Source of the DNA: Candidatus Poribacteria bacterium
GTDB lineage: Bacteria > Poribacteria > WGA-4E > WGA-3G
Direction of reading: 5' to 3'
Assembly (NCBI GenBank): GCA_965205015.1
Contig: OZ242029.1
Location: 448,001-512,000, forward strand
DNA length: 64,000 nucleotides
This document shows, piece by piece, positions 47,918 through 58,084 of this stretch. Within the stretch, counting starts at the first letter, position 1; the number at the start of each line of letters is the position of its first letter. A model generated the notes under the pieces. That model did no database searches and was not told the DNA's origin. It saw only the letters and a list, made by a program, of their open reading frames with translations. The position numbers were made by a program, and so were the translations under genes.

Positions 47918-49656
47918 TATATCATTTCCTCCAATCCTGTTCTCAGCAATCGCGAGAAAAGCGAATCCGGGTCCTGGACAAGTCGTTTGCGTTCACCGTG
48001 TTCCTGAATCTCTCCATTGGCGAGAATCATAATTTCGTCTACCTGTTGTACCGTTCCGAGTCGGTGCGCAATAATGATACTGGTGCGTCCCTTCAATAAC
48101 CGCTGTACCGCGCTGTCAATCCGTTGCTCTGTCGCTGGATCAAGCCGTGAGGAAGGCTCATCAAGGATAACGACTCTTGGATCCTTGAGGAAAACCCTCG
48201 CAAATGCCAGCAACTGCGACTCTCCAGCAGAAAGCCCCGTGCCTTCAAGAAGTGTATCCAGCCCGTTTGGCAGGGATTCATACCACTCCAATAATCCGAG
48301 TTCCTCAATCACCGACAAAATCCGGTCGTCGGAAATTTCAGTATCAAAGAGCGTCAAATTATCGCGCACCGTCGCATTGAAGAGTTGCACATCCTGTGTA
48401 ACCATGCCGATTTGGTTCCGCAGATCATCCAGCAGAATTTTCTCGATTGGCTTACCTCCGACGCGAATGTGTCCACTATTAATCTCATAGAACCGAAACA
48501 GGAGACGGGTGATCGTGCTCTTACCGCTACCCGTCCGTCCCAACAACCCGAGCGATTTCCCCGGGGTCAGTTGGAACGAAACATCTTTCAGCACAGACTC
48601 ATCTTCGGTGTAAGCAAATGTGACATGGTCGAATTCAATGTCAAGCGCGCCGGATGCAGGAAGTGCTTCTGTTCCATCTTCAATACTTGAGGTGACGCGA
48701 TAGAGTTCTTCAATCCGTTTGAACCCTGCAGTCGCCCGTTGGAGTTCATTAATCTGACGACCAATCATGATTAATGGACCTCGGAGCATCGCAGTGTAAT
48801 GAATGACAAGGTAGACCGTCCCGATCGTAAACACCTCTATCTGATACAGGTAGATACTCATGCCCATCGCCAGCGCCACCCCTAATGCGAAAAGGATACC
48901 GCTTATGGTTTGTAGCACTTCTCCCATCACATGTGCTTTTACGGCTCTACCGTATACATCGCGATTTACATCGTAGAACCGATCCATGGTATACCCGATC
49001 CCCCCGTTTGTGCGGAGATCTTCAATACCTGTTAACCGTTCTTCAAGAAACCCAAAGAGTCTGGAGTATCCCTCTCGCTCAGCTGTATAGACTGGAACAG
49101 CAATGTTTCGAGTCAGATTGTAAACGAAAATGGAAACCACCACAAAACCCGTTAATGCGACACCGATCCGCCAGTCTTCGAGGGTGATCACAACCAAGAT
49201 ACCGCCGAGCAGCAATAAACTCCCCATCACCTGAAGTATGAACTCAGAAAAAAAGTTTGAGAGTGCCGCTGTATCCCCGTCAACGCGCTCCACCATTTCA
49301 CCGGGGGTTCGCTCGTGGTGGAAGGACATGTCGAGTTGTAGACAGTGATGCGCGAGGTCACCGCGCATCCAGTTCGTTGCTCGCCAACCGATGTCTTGTC
49401 CTAAATAGGTGTTGACTAACATCAACACTTGTCCAAGAATCCCGATTGCCAAGAACGCAACACCAGCGATAATCAGGTCTTGTCTCTCGCCTCCCGCCTT
49501 TGCGGTATCAATGAAATAGCGGAGAATTTGTGGATTGAGTAGGGCTAGACCGATCCCACCGAACATGAAAAACGCGAGCAACGCCACGCGTATCCATTGC
49601 GGTTTCAGGTACTGTGAAAGGAGTGCGGCATATTGCCTGAAAGGTACTTTTTCCAA
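47917..49656 (-). CDS. ABC exporter, fused permease/ATPase (heterodimer partner)
   Basis: [18 protein letters not shown] and IAHRL. Confidence 0.92.
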   Translation of the reverse strand: MEKVPFRQYAALLSQYLKPQWIRVALLAFFMFGGIGLALLNPQILRYFIDTAKAGGERQDLIIAGVAFLAIGILGQVLMLVNTYLGQDIGWRATNWMRGDLAHHCLQLDMSFHHERTPGEMVERVDGDTAALSNFFSEFILQVMGSLLLLGGILVVITLEDWRIGVALTGFVVVSIFVYNLTRNIAVPVYTAEREGYSRLFGFLEERLTGIEDLRTNGGIGYTMDRFYDVNRDVYGRAVKAHVMGEVLQTISGILFALGVALAMGMSIYLYQIEVFTIGTVYLVIHYTAMLRGPLIMIGRQINELQRATAGFKRIEELYRVTSSIEDGTEALPASGALDIEFDHVTFAYTEDESVLKDVSFQLTPGKSLGLLGRTGSGKSTITRLLFRFYEINSGHIRVGGKPIEKILLDDLRNQIGMVTQDVQLFNATVRDNLTLFDTEISDDRILSVIEELGLLEWYESLPNGLDTLLEGTGLSAGESQLLAFARVFLKDPRVVILDEPSSRLDPATEQRIDSAVQRLLKGRTSIIIAHRLGTVQQVDEIMILANGEIQEHGERKRLVQDPDSLFSRLLRTGLEEMI

Positions 49657-49747
49657 ATTTTAATTTTTTCCTTGCGGATTTTTAATTTTCCTTGCGGGAG
49701 AACAACGGGGAAACACCCCAGCAAAAATATCGCCTTTTAACCGACAA

Positions 49748-50506
49748 CTAATTTCGTTTGAGTGATGCCCAAGTGATTGCGAGTTTCCCTTTACTCTCGA
49801 CAGGCAGTCCAACGGTTGCAAGCCTTTTGAGGTCGTCGGCATTCAACGTCCGATCATAGATCATCACTTCGTCGATTAATCCTTTGAAGAATCTGGCACC
49901 ACAGCATTCATCCCATCCGAACTTTAAGTTGACGACCGTCTGTTCAATATGGGGAATGTCGTTTACCTCAGCATCAAGTTTGTCACTATCTCTGTGATAA
50001 ATGTAACTCGTTGCTTTATCAGGTTCAATTGCTATCGCGACCAACGCCCATTTATTTTCTGGGATTTCTGGTGCGCCTTGCCAGTTCCACGTCAGTGCGG
50101 AGTTGTTGTTCCATACATACGTCAGGGTATTGTTCGCGGCGACCCCCATCCACCACGATGCTGGATCACTTCGACCGACGACAATTCCCGACCAATCTAT
50201 CGTTTTCCAGCCGTTGATTCGGGCGATCACCGTGATTGCTGTCGTTGTCAATTCAAACGTATCATCAACAACGACATGTCCGCCACCACCATCGAACTCA
50301 ACGGCACCGTTCACCCAACCGTCGTCAGACCATTTCGCGCCTTTTTCCAAATTGGCATCGTTTCCGTTACCGGATTCGTCGTTTCCATTGCCATCAAGGG
50401 GCCAGTAACCGACAAGTCCTTCCGTCAGATCCGCTGCGAACGCGCCTGTAGACCAAAGACTCACGGCAACGGCTAAAACTATAATACCTTTCACTCTGTG
50501 CTTCAA
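49748..50506 (-). CDS. Secreted LamG domain protein
   Basis: TTG start after AAGGAGG; GLVGYWPLDG and FKGLIDEVMIYDRTL; C-terminal VESKGKLAITWASLK. Confidence 0.88.
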   Translation of the reverse strand: MKHRVKGIIVLAVAVSLWSTGAFAADLTEGLVGYWPLDGNGNDESGNGNDANLEKGAKWSDDGWVNGAVEFDGGGGHVVVDDTFELTTTAITVIARINGWKTIDWSGIVVGRSDPASWWMGVAANNTLTYVWNNNSALTWNWQGAPEIPENKWALVAIAIEPDKATSYIYHRDSDKLDAEVNDIPHIEQTVVNLKFGWDECCGARFFKGLIDEVMIYDRTLNADDLKRLATVGLPVESKGKLAITWASLKRN

Positions 50507-50738
50507 TTCTTGCCTCCTTATGTTACATCCCACGCTTCCAGTGGTGGGAATTAAGAACGCTATTTTTGATAGAGAAAAACAGCCAAAGATGCTATACTTT
50601 AAACGAACAGAATCCCAAAAAATAACAGCACCTTCATAAGCCCTTATCATACAGTAAAAAACGGTTTCATGCAAGAAAAATCGTGTAACTCACGTTAGGC
50701 ATAAGGCACCATTGACGAAACACATGAGGACATTTTGA

Positions 50739-51632
50739 ATGATTGATCCGGAAAGTCAACCCATTATTGTGCTTGGTGTTGAGCGCAGCGGGACATCTGT
50801 CGTTGCAGAGATGGTGCACAGATGGGGTGCGTATGCGGGTCCTCCGGATAAGTTACATAAAGCCGATGCACATGCTCCCAGAGGATATTGGGAGTTTCTG
50901 CCTTTATGGGATCTGCTTGCTGAGCTAGGGGACTTTGATGCTGGAGCGACTTGGTGGGACCACGATTTCCAACAGCGAATGAAGAAAAAAGCCGATGATC
51001 CTGCCTCCAGAAAGAAAGCCACTGAACTCATGGCTGAAATGTACAAAGGAGGTCCCTGGTTTTGGAAAGACCCAGCACTGAGCCATTTTTTGCTGTTTTG
51101 GAAACAGATATGGGGCAATGCGATTTATATAATCACGGTTCGCCATCCTTTTGACACCGCAGTATCCTGGCAGAAATTCATTATGCCATCTAACGTGAAA
51201 GCCCGTATCTCCTTCGTCGCGATGAATTTGCTACGCTGGCAGCATATAATGACGCAAATCTTGCAGCACACAGAGGATGCACAACACCGACTCTTTCTTG
51301 GCTACGAAGATATTATGCGTCAGCCACGCGCCCAAGCTGAGCAGTTGGCTTATTTTCTGAATTCAAAGTTTGGAAATCCAGTTTCATCCATTCAGGCAAT
51401 GGTTGATGCAGTTGAACCTGAACTCTGGCGAAATGATTGTGATATTCCGTTTGAACAGGTAACTGAAGCGACAGTGGAGCAGAAAGCCCTTTATACCTTT
51501 GCAAGGCGGAAGATTGATAACCCATTTGAGCCCTTTGACGTTGCAGAATATCCATTACCACCGGGATACCTTGAGTTCCTAAACATTCAAGAGGCATTAC
51601 TGAAAGCCTATCGCGAACTTGGACACCGATGA
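50739..51632 (+). CDS. Sulfotransferase family protein
   Basis: PAPS-binding LGVERSGTS, WKDP, RHPFDTAVS and YEDI. Confidence 0.85.
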   Translation: MIDPESQPIIVLGVERSGTSVVAEMVHRWGAYAGPPDKLHKADAHAPRGYWEFLPLWDLLAELGDFDAGATWWDHDFQQRMKKKADDPASRKKATELMAEMYKGGPWFWKDPALSHFLLFWKQIWGNAIYIITVRHPFDTAVSWQKFIMPSNVKARISFVAMNLLRWQHIMTQILQHTEDAQHRLFLGYEDIMRQPRAQAEQLAYFLNSKFGNPVSSIQAMVDAVEPELWRNDCDIPFEQVTEATVEQKALYTFARRKIDNPFEPFDVAEYPLPPGYLEFLNIQEALLKAYRELGHR

Positions 51633-51680
51633 ATGTCTACAGCTAACACAACAGTTTTTGTCAGAGTATGAGGTTAGACT

Positions 51681-52055
51681 TTGTATATTGATATTGTCCC
51701 AGCACAAAATCATATACCTGATCATTACAGCGATTACCTGCAAGGCTATCGCGCCGTCCGTTTGTTGGCAGAAGACAGCACAATTCTGGGTGAACTCGTT
51801 TGGCGTGTTGCATCAGGACATAATATTGAGATCACGGAATTCGGTATATTTGAGGAAGAGAATAAACGAAAGGGTTGGGGGACGCAGGCAGTATCTTTGG
51901 GAACTGACCCTGAACTAACAGGGAACCAAGTTCTTGTGGACGTTGCATGGATATGCCTAAACGAACTCACAGAACGAGATAGAGTGTTTCTATGGACTGC
52001 TGGCTTGTTGACAATTCCCGAATTTTCTGAGGAAATTTGGCACTTACCGACTTGA
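51681..52055 (+). pseudogene. Truncated or chimeric GNAT-derived ORF
   Basis: GNAT-like up to motif A (RKGWGTQ), then an unrelated tail. Confidence 0.5.
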
Positions 52056-52068
52056 GTGAGGAAGCTTC

Positions 52069-52992
52069 ATGGACGGAGCGATTCGTGTGGTGGAACAGTT
52101 GAAAGGTCCCGTCGTACCGGTGAATGTCTGCTTTGGTGACGATGACTCACTGGATATCAGTGCAATGCGGAAATACGTCAACTGGTTGTGTGAGCAGAAC
52201 GTTCCAGTGATTCTCCTCACGTATGGTAGTAGCGAATTCTGTAGCCTGACAGACGAAGAAATCTGGCAGTTGACTGCGGAGCTCGCAGAAGAAATATCAG
52301 GTCGCTCGCTTTTCATCGCTTCAACGGGTTGGTGGCATCCCGGACAGTGCAGAGAGTTTTTGAAACACTGCGATGACGTGGGTGTAGACGCTGTCAAGAT
52401 ACAGATTCATCCGGGTTTAGGGGTGAAGCGCGAGGTCATCGTTGGCTACTTTGATAGCATTCAGGAGGCCGCGCCGATGCCCTTGTTGGTTTGGGGAGCA
52501 TGGCAAGACCCCTATCCTGTGGACATCGTTGCTGAGTTAGCCAAACGTCCGGAAGTGGTCGGTATCAAGAATGACGGTCATCCGTTCTATGCTTACTATG
52601 ACATCATTCGTGCAACCACCGACGAGAATTTTGTGGTGATCAGCGGTGGGCAGATGCGTAATTTCATGTTCGGCTACCCGATCGGTTCAACCGCATATCT
52701 CTGTACCATTGCTCCCTTCCGACCCGACATTGCGTTGGAATTCTACGATGCTTTAACCGCAGGGCGCAACGATGATGCACATGAGATTATCTTTCGCTAT
52801 GAAGAACCTTGGCTCAAGGTAGCAACAAGATTGGAATGGTTACCAAGCATCAAATCAGCACTGCATCTTCACGGACTCTATCCCAACCATCGCCTTCGAA
52901 CGCCTGCTGTTTCGCACACAGACGAGAAACATCACGAAGTACAAACGGTGTTGGAGCAGGTCTTTGGGAACATCAAACTTGTGCGACTCTAA
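52069..52992 (+). CDS. Dihydrodipicolinate synthase (class I aldolase) family
   Basis: YGSSEFCSLTDEE and the Schiff-base motif VVGIKND. Confidence 0.85.
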   Translation: MDGAIRVVEQLKGPVVPVNVCFGDDDSLDISAMRKYVNWLCEQNVPVILLTYGSSEFCSLTDEEIWQLTAELAEEISGRSLFIASTGWWHPGQCREFLKHCDDVGVDAVKIQIHPGLGVKREVIVGYFDSIQEAAPMPLLVWGAWQDPYPVDIVAELAKRPEVVGIKNDGHPFYAYYDIIRATTDENFVVISGGQMRNFMFGYPIGSTAYLCTIAPFRPDIALEFYDALTAGRNDDAHEIIFRYEEPWLKVATRLEWLPSIKSALHLHGLYPNHRLRTPAVSHTDEKHHEVQTVLEQVFGNIKLVRL

Positions 52993-53073
52993 TTGATGGA
53001 CGCAAATGGTTAAACCCTATTCAGCCGTGATATCAACGATCGTTCTCAATCTACTCGATGTACGCATACGCCA

Positions 53074-53961
53074 ATGAACCAAACAACTGAGATTACAGCA
53101 GAGAATGTGTGCGATTTTCTTAAAAAATTCGCTACAGATATATCTGTTGAAGATCTAAAACCTATATCCAATCGCCACCGCGGGGGTGATAACCTTACTT
53201 TCTACTACCGCGACGATGCTATCCTCAAGATTGCGCGTAATGCCTATCGAGCCAGGCTTCTAAAAGAAGCTAAACTCACAGAATACCTACACACATTATC
53301 CATGCCTTTCACTGTCGCAAAACCGATCATGGTACACGACAAGGGATTCTATGCGGTGTTTTCAAGAATCAAGGGTTCTTCACTACCCATAGAAGCACTT
53401 GAGAAATTTACCACCAGAGAATTAGAATCCTTTGGCAAATCTCTCGGAACCTCTCTCACCTTTCTACACAGGCACAAATTTCCAGATGAGGTCTTAGACT
53501 ATATCCCACACGCTGATGACCCTTTCGCAATGGCAATTCGTGACACAAGGCAACAACTTGCCTTTATTGCGGAAAATACTACAGAAGTCGATACAAATCG
53601 ATGGCGTGAAAAACTGGAAAACCTGCAGGAATCCTTAGATCAGAGGTGGGCTGTCGTTCACACCGATCTCCAAATAAACCATCTGTTTTTTGTACAGGAA
53701 GATCTTGAACAGCTCGTCATTATTGATTGGGCTGATGCTTTGCTGCACGATCCAGCGATAGATCTATCTGAGTTCGCTATAGAGATGTATTCAGATTTAC
53801 CGCCTGATGGTATTGTTGCCAAAAAGGTTATTGACGTGGTCCTGAAGTATTATCAGACAGATGATGCTGCGATTACAGAGAAGATTGAATTTGGACTTCT
53901 GGTTTTTGAAATTGGACGCGCCTACCAACGGGTCAGGAATTCGGTCGGACAGCCTAAATAA
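53074..53961 (+). CDS. Aminoglycoside-phosphotransferase-like kinase
   Basis: ILKI, VHTDLQINHL, IIDWAD and DPAIDL. Confidence 0.82.
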   Translation: MNQTTEITAENVCDFLKKFATDISVEDLKPISNRHRGGDNLTFYYRDDAILKIARNAYRARLLKEAKLTEYLHTLSMPFTVAKPIMVHDKGFYAVFSRIKGSSLPIEALEKFTTRELESFGKSLGTSLTFLHRHKFPDEVLDYIPHADDPFAMAIRDTRQQLAFIAENTTEVDTNRWREKLENLQESLDQRWAVVHTDLQINHLFFVQEDLEQLVIIDWADALLHDPAIDLSEFAIEMYSDLPPDGIVAKKVIDVVLKYYQTDDAAITEKIEFGLLVFEIGRAYQRVRNSVGQPK

Positions 53962-54174
53962 TGTCTGATTTGTATACACACCCCAAGCTTGACCCTCTCC
54001 TAACTTATTTGGCGAAACCTGCCCTCTCCCGAATTTCGCCGTTGCTGTTTTTCTGAAGATGGTGTATATTACACCTAACTGTTTTTAAGGTTATAGCCGT
54101 TTTGGATCGTCAAGCTACCGTAATCAATAGGTTTTCTGTGTCTACAAACTCATCTGATGCAGGAAGGAGATTTT

Positions 54175-55341
54175 ATGAAAATTAAAGAAATTCGCGTCGT
54201 AGAAATCGAACTAAACCCAAAACCGACAACAACGCCGCGCACACCGAGTCGATCCGGAACATATCAATTGAATCGACCCATCACACGTTATCCCTCATTC
54301 AACAGAAAAGAAGGACACGTTTCCTATTCGGAATGGAAACGTCCCGCCTGCATTATAACGGCGGAAGATGGGACATGGGGTTTCGGTATCTCGCTTTATG
54401 GCGGTCCCGTAACCCGAATCATCTCAGATCACTTTGTCCCCTTCCTCGTTGGCGAAAATTGCATGGCAACTGAAAAAATATGGGACATGATGGTGCGATT
54501 GTCAGCTGCCTTCGGCGCAACCGGCTTGACGAGTTACGCCATCAGCGCGGTGGATTGTGCGTTGTGGGACCTCAAAGGCAAAATTTTGGGACGACCGGTT
54601 TATGAACTCCTCGGCGGACCGCAAAAAGAAAAGATTTTCTGCTACGCCTCTGGGTTCGATCAGGAATGGTACATGGAACTCGGATTCAAAGCCACAAAAC
54701 TCTTCACACCGTGGGGTCCAGAGCAAGGAAAAGAAGGCTTAGGCAAGTTGGAAGAATTGGTAGCAACGACACGGGAAGCGATTGGCGATAACGTTGACTT
54801 GATGTTGGACGCTTGGACCGGTTTTGACATAGAACATACCGTCCGCGTCTGTGAAACGATGAAGCCTTACGGGTTGAAGTGGATGGAGGACTATATCCGT
54901 GCCGATGATTTTGTCGGCTACGAGACGGTGCGTCAACGCCTCCCTTGGCAAACGCTCGCTACTGGCGAACATTGGTATCTGCCGACTGTCTTTGCGGAGG
55001 CGGCAGGACGACGGCTGGTTGACATCTTCCAACCGGACGTTTTGTGGTGCGGCGGCATTACATCGGCAGCAAAGATTTGTCACATTGCTGAGGCGAATGG
55101 AATTTCCGTGATTACACACGGTGGCATGAACTATCCCTATGGTCAACATCTCGCCTTTGCGATGCCTGCCATCACGTGGGGTGAACGCTCCGAGGGTGTA
55201 TCTGCCCCCGGTGTCCCTCTGGAGGAGATGGTCAAGTTGCCTGGCACTTCTGTTATCAAAGACGGCTATGTCGCTCCATCAGATGCCCCCGGCTTCGGTC
55301 TCGAAATTGATGAGGCATGGATAGAGAGTGTAATGGCATGA
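54175..55341 (+). CDS. Mandelate racemase/enolase superfamily dehydratase (L-rhamnonate-dehydratase-like)
   Basis: AISAVDCALWDLKGK, LMLDAW, WMED, ATGEH, QPD and PGFG. Confidence 0.85.
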   Translation: MKIKEIRVVEIELNPKPTTTPRTPSRSGTYQLNRPITRYPSFNRKEGHVSYSEWKRPACIITAEDGTWGFGISLYGGPVTRIISDHFVPFLVGENCMATEKIWDMMVRLSAAFGATGLTSYAISAVDCALWDLKGKILGRPVYELLGGPQKEKIFCYASGFDQEWYMELGFKATKLFTPWGPEQGKEGLGKLEELVATTREAIGDNVDLMLDAWTGFDIEHTVRVCETMKPYGLKWMEDYIRADDFVGYETVRQRLPWQTLATGEHWYLPTVFAEAAGRRLVDIFQPDVLWCGGITSAAKICHIAEANGISVITHGGMNYPYGQHLAFAMPAITWGERSEGVSAPGVPLEEMVKLPGTSVIKDGYVAPSDAPGFGLEIDEAWIESVMA

Positions 55342-56111
55342 ATGACGAAATTACGATTGCCAATCGAGCGCGGTGGGAAGCCGAAGTCTTGAAAAAGAAC
55401 GGCTTTACTGTGCCGTGGCTTGACCTCGATAGAGATGATATTCTGCAATATGCTGAAGGGCAGCTTGACCCGATTCCGTATCATCTCTATCAAATCTATC
55501 CCGCGTATCTACTCAGAGATGTTGCGCGCAAAGATGTGTTGTGCCTTGCCGCAGGTGGAGGACAGCAATCAGCGGTATTCGGTCTGCTTGATGCCCGTGT
55601 GACGGTGATTGATTTCACGCGGGGGCAGCTTGACGGAGATATAACGGCTGCGAAGCATTACGGCTATTACGTAGAAACGCGACGCCTCAATATGCGAGAT
55701 CTGTCCGCAATTGAGGACGCATCGTTTGATTTTGTCTATCAGGGTCCCTCCATGAGTTGGGTGCCATCCGTTCATGAAATCTATAGAGGCGTAGCGAGGA
55801 TCATCCGTCCGGGAGGTCAGTATCGCGTGGATTTCGGCAATCCCGCCAATCATTTTTGGGAGTGGGATGGTGAATTCTATCGTGTTACCGAACCGTATTC
55901 TGAGCGCGTTTTCAGGTATCCAGACGGCGCATTCGATTTCCGGCACTACCTGAGTGATATATTCAATGGACTCGTGGACAACGGTTTTCGGATTGAGCGG
56001 GTTGAGGAACGTTCTTGGATCCAGCCAGATATTAATGCTACACCGGGAAGTTGGACGCACGAGATGGCTTACAACGTGAGTTTTGCTATCGTCGCGAAGA
56101 AAGACGGATAG
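55338..56111 (+). CDS. Class I SAM-dependent methyltransferase
   Basis: VLCLAAGGGQQ, NMRDLS, FDFVY and IRPGG. Confidence 0.87.
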   Translation: MNDEITIANRARWEAEVLKKNGFTVPWLDLDRDDILQYAEGQLDPIPYHLYQIYPAYLLRDVARKDVLCLAAGGGQQSAVFGLLDARVTVIDFTRGQLDGDITAAKHYGYYVETRRLNMRDLSAIEDASFDFVYQGPSMSWVPSVHEIYRGVARIIRPGGQYRVDFGNPANHFWEWDGEFYRVTEPYSERVFRYPDGAFDFRHYLSDIFNGLVDNGFRIERVEERSWIQPDINATPGSWTHEMAYNVSFAIVAKKDG

Positions 56112-56133
56112 ATCTGAAAGACAGAGGTTTACT

Positions 56134-56211
56134 GTGGAGGAACTAAGTCTTCGCAAGGCGCACGCAAGCGAGCGTGAAAGTTTTACCCATTTCCAGATGG
56201 AGAAAAGGTAA
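56134..56211 (+). pseudogene. Possible internally deleted GNAT remnant
   Basis: MEELSLRKAHAS...THFQMEKR after a GAGG RBS resembles joined GNAT N- and C-termini. Confidence 0.35.
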
Positions 56212-56254
56212 TAGGCACACGCCGTGTGCCGTCGCTGGAGCATATAGATCCATA

Positions 56255-57208
56255 ATGGCTATTGATTTCGTTGAAGCACTCTCCACAGATAACTTGACTG
56301 CCATAAGAGCAGCCCCTAAAACCGATGTTCACTCCCATTCTTTTTTAAGTGCACGTCGAGAGAATGCAGAGCGTTGGCTCGGACGTCCGCTCACCAAACC
56401 GCCTCTCAAAATGAAAGGACTTGGCGGGATGATGGAATACATAGATGCTGCTTTAGCACCGCACTTAGAACACCGCCAAGGTTTTGAGTTCATTGTGGTG
56501 TCAGCGATAGATGACGCAGTCCAAGATGGTGTCGTTATACTTGAAATGAGTTTCGACATCCGGTTGCTTAAGTTTTATCCGGGGGGGTTGACCGAACTTC
56601 GCGCATTTATTGAACTGTTAGTTGAGCGGTATCGGGAGCACATTGATTTGCGTCCTGAACTCGGCGTTGCGCGCGAGTGTGCCGCCGATCCAAAATGGAT
56701 GAAATTGGCACATCAAGCAATAGAATTGGCGTTTTTTCAATCAATCGATCTGTATAGCCATCAAGAGGCGTGTGCACCTGAAGCCGTGCAGTCCTTATAT
56801 GCCAAGGCACGCGAAGTAGGGATGAAACTCAAAGCACACGTTGGCGAGTTTGGCGGTGCAGAAGAAGTCCGACGAACCGTCGAAGTCTTGGATTTGGATG
56901 AGGTTCAACACGGCATTGGTGCTGCGGAATCGGTTGAAGTTATGCGGTGGCTTTCGGAGAATCAGATACAATTGAACGTGTGTCCAACGAGCAATGTGAT
57001 GTTAGACGCAGTGCGGGATCTCGCCTCACATCCGATCCGCATCTTATTTGACAACGGTGTGTCGGTGACCATTAACACAGATGATCTGATGATATTCGGT
57101 CAGAGCGTCTCCGAAGAGTATCGGAATCTTTACCGCGCAGGCGTCTTCAGCGCGCAAGAATTGGACGATATTCGGTGCGCCTCTCTCTCACCTTCGCCAA
57201 TTGCGTAA
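56255..57208 (+). CDS. Adenosine deaminase family amidohydrolase
   Basis: PKTDVHSH, AHVGE, QHG, VCPTSN and TINTDD. Confidence 0.88.
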   Translation: MAIDFVEALSTDNLTAIRAAPKTDVHSHSFLSARRENAERWLGRPLTKPPLKMKGLGGMMEYIDAALAPHLEHRQGFEFIVVSAIDDAVQDGVVILEMSFDIRLLKFYPGGLTELRAFIELLVERYREHIDLRPELGVARECAADPKWMKLAHQAIELAFFQSIDLYSHQEACAPEAVQSLYAKAREVGMKLKAHVGEFGGAEEVRRTVEVLDLDEVQHGIGAAESVEVMRWLSENQIQLNVCPTSNVMLDAVRDLASHPIRILFDNGVSVTINTDDLMIFGQSVSEEYRNLYRAGVFSAQELDDIRCASLSPSPIA

Positions 57209-57222
57209 AGGAGAAATCAACT

Positions 57223-57711
57223 GTGTCCAATACACAGACATGGCACATTCGACACGCTCTACCGAGTGAAGTTGAGTATTTGAGTGGACTCGCATTCCGT
57301 TCCAAGTCGTATTGGGGCTATTCCGACCGATTTATGCAGGCATGCCTTGAGGAACTCACGGTTGACGAGTGCTACATTGAGAACAACCCTACTTTTGTGA
57401 TTGAAGCTGCAGGAAACCTCGTAGGATTCTATGCGTTAGAACACATCTCTGCTGTCGAAGCAGAATTGAGTTTTCTATTTGTTGACCCAACCTTTATTGG
57501 AAAAGGTTACGGTCGAAAGTTAATGATGCACGCGCAAGAAAAAGCACGGCACCTCGGATACAGTAAAATGATTATTCAAGGAGACCCGAACGCCGAACGA
57601 TTCTATCGCTCAGCGGGAGGTTCGGTAGTCGGCACAAGGAAGTCTGCGAGTATTCCCAATCGTGAACTTCCTATATTCTGTATCAATTTGAAAGAATCAG
57701 ACAAATCCTAA
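57223..57711 (+). CDS. GNAT acetyltransferase
   Basis: SKSYWGY, FVDP.FIGKGYGRKL and DPNAERFY. Confidence 0.88.
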   Translation: MSNTQTWHIRHALPSEVEYLSGLAFRSKSYWGYSDRFMQACLEELTVDECYIENNPTFVIEAAGNLVGFYALEHISAVEAELSFLFVDPTFIGKGYGRKLMMHAQEKARHLGYSKMIIQGDPNAERFYRSAGGSVVGTRKSASIPNRELPIFCINLKESDKS

Positions 57712-57779
57712 GGAGTGTGCACAAAGCGATAACCGAAATATAGACTGAAGATTGTCGTTTCCATTTTTAAATCTCGTTG

Positions 57780-57820
57780 AAGCCTTATGCACACCGATCC
57801 CGGCAGCATAAGGTTTTTTT
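57780..57820 (+). terminator. Intrinsic terminator
   Basis: agccttatgc...gcataaggtt followed by a T-run. Confidence 0.75.
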
Positions 57821-58084
57821 GTCAGTTCACAGATTTCCAAAATTTACGACTATATCGCAAAACGCAATTCCCACGCGCCGTTTTGTTTCTCCGAAATATA
57901 GGCAATCGGCAATTTATTCTGTTTCAAGCACTTACCTCACGAAACAATTCCAAAAAATCCATTTTTTTTTATAAGATGCACGTTTTCTATCCCAAAATTT
58001 TGTCTTTAATAATTAAGTGCACAGTGATACAAACGTGTTGGATTTTTGAATTTTAGAAAACCGACATTCAAGGAGTCGTAAAAA

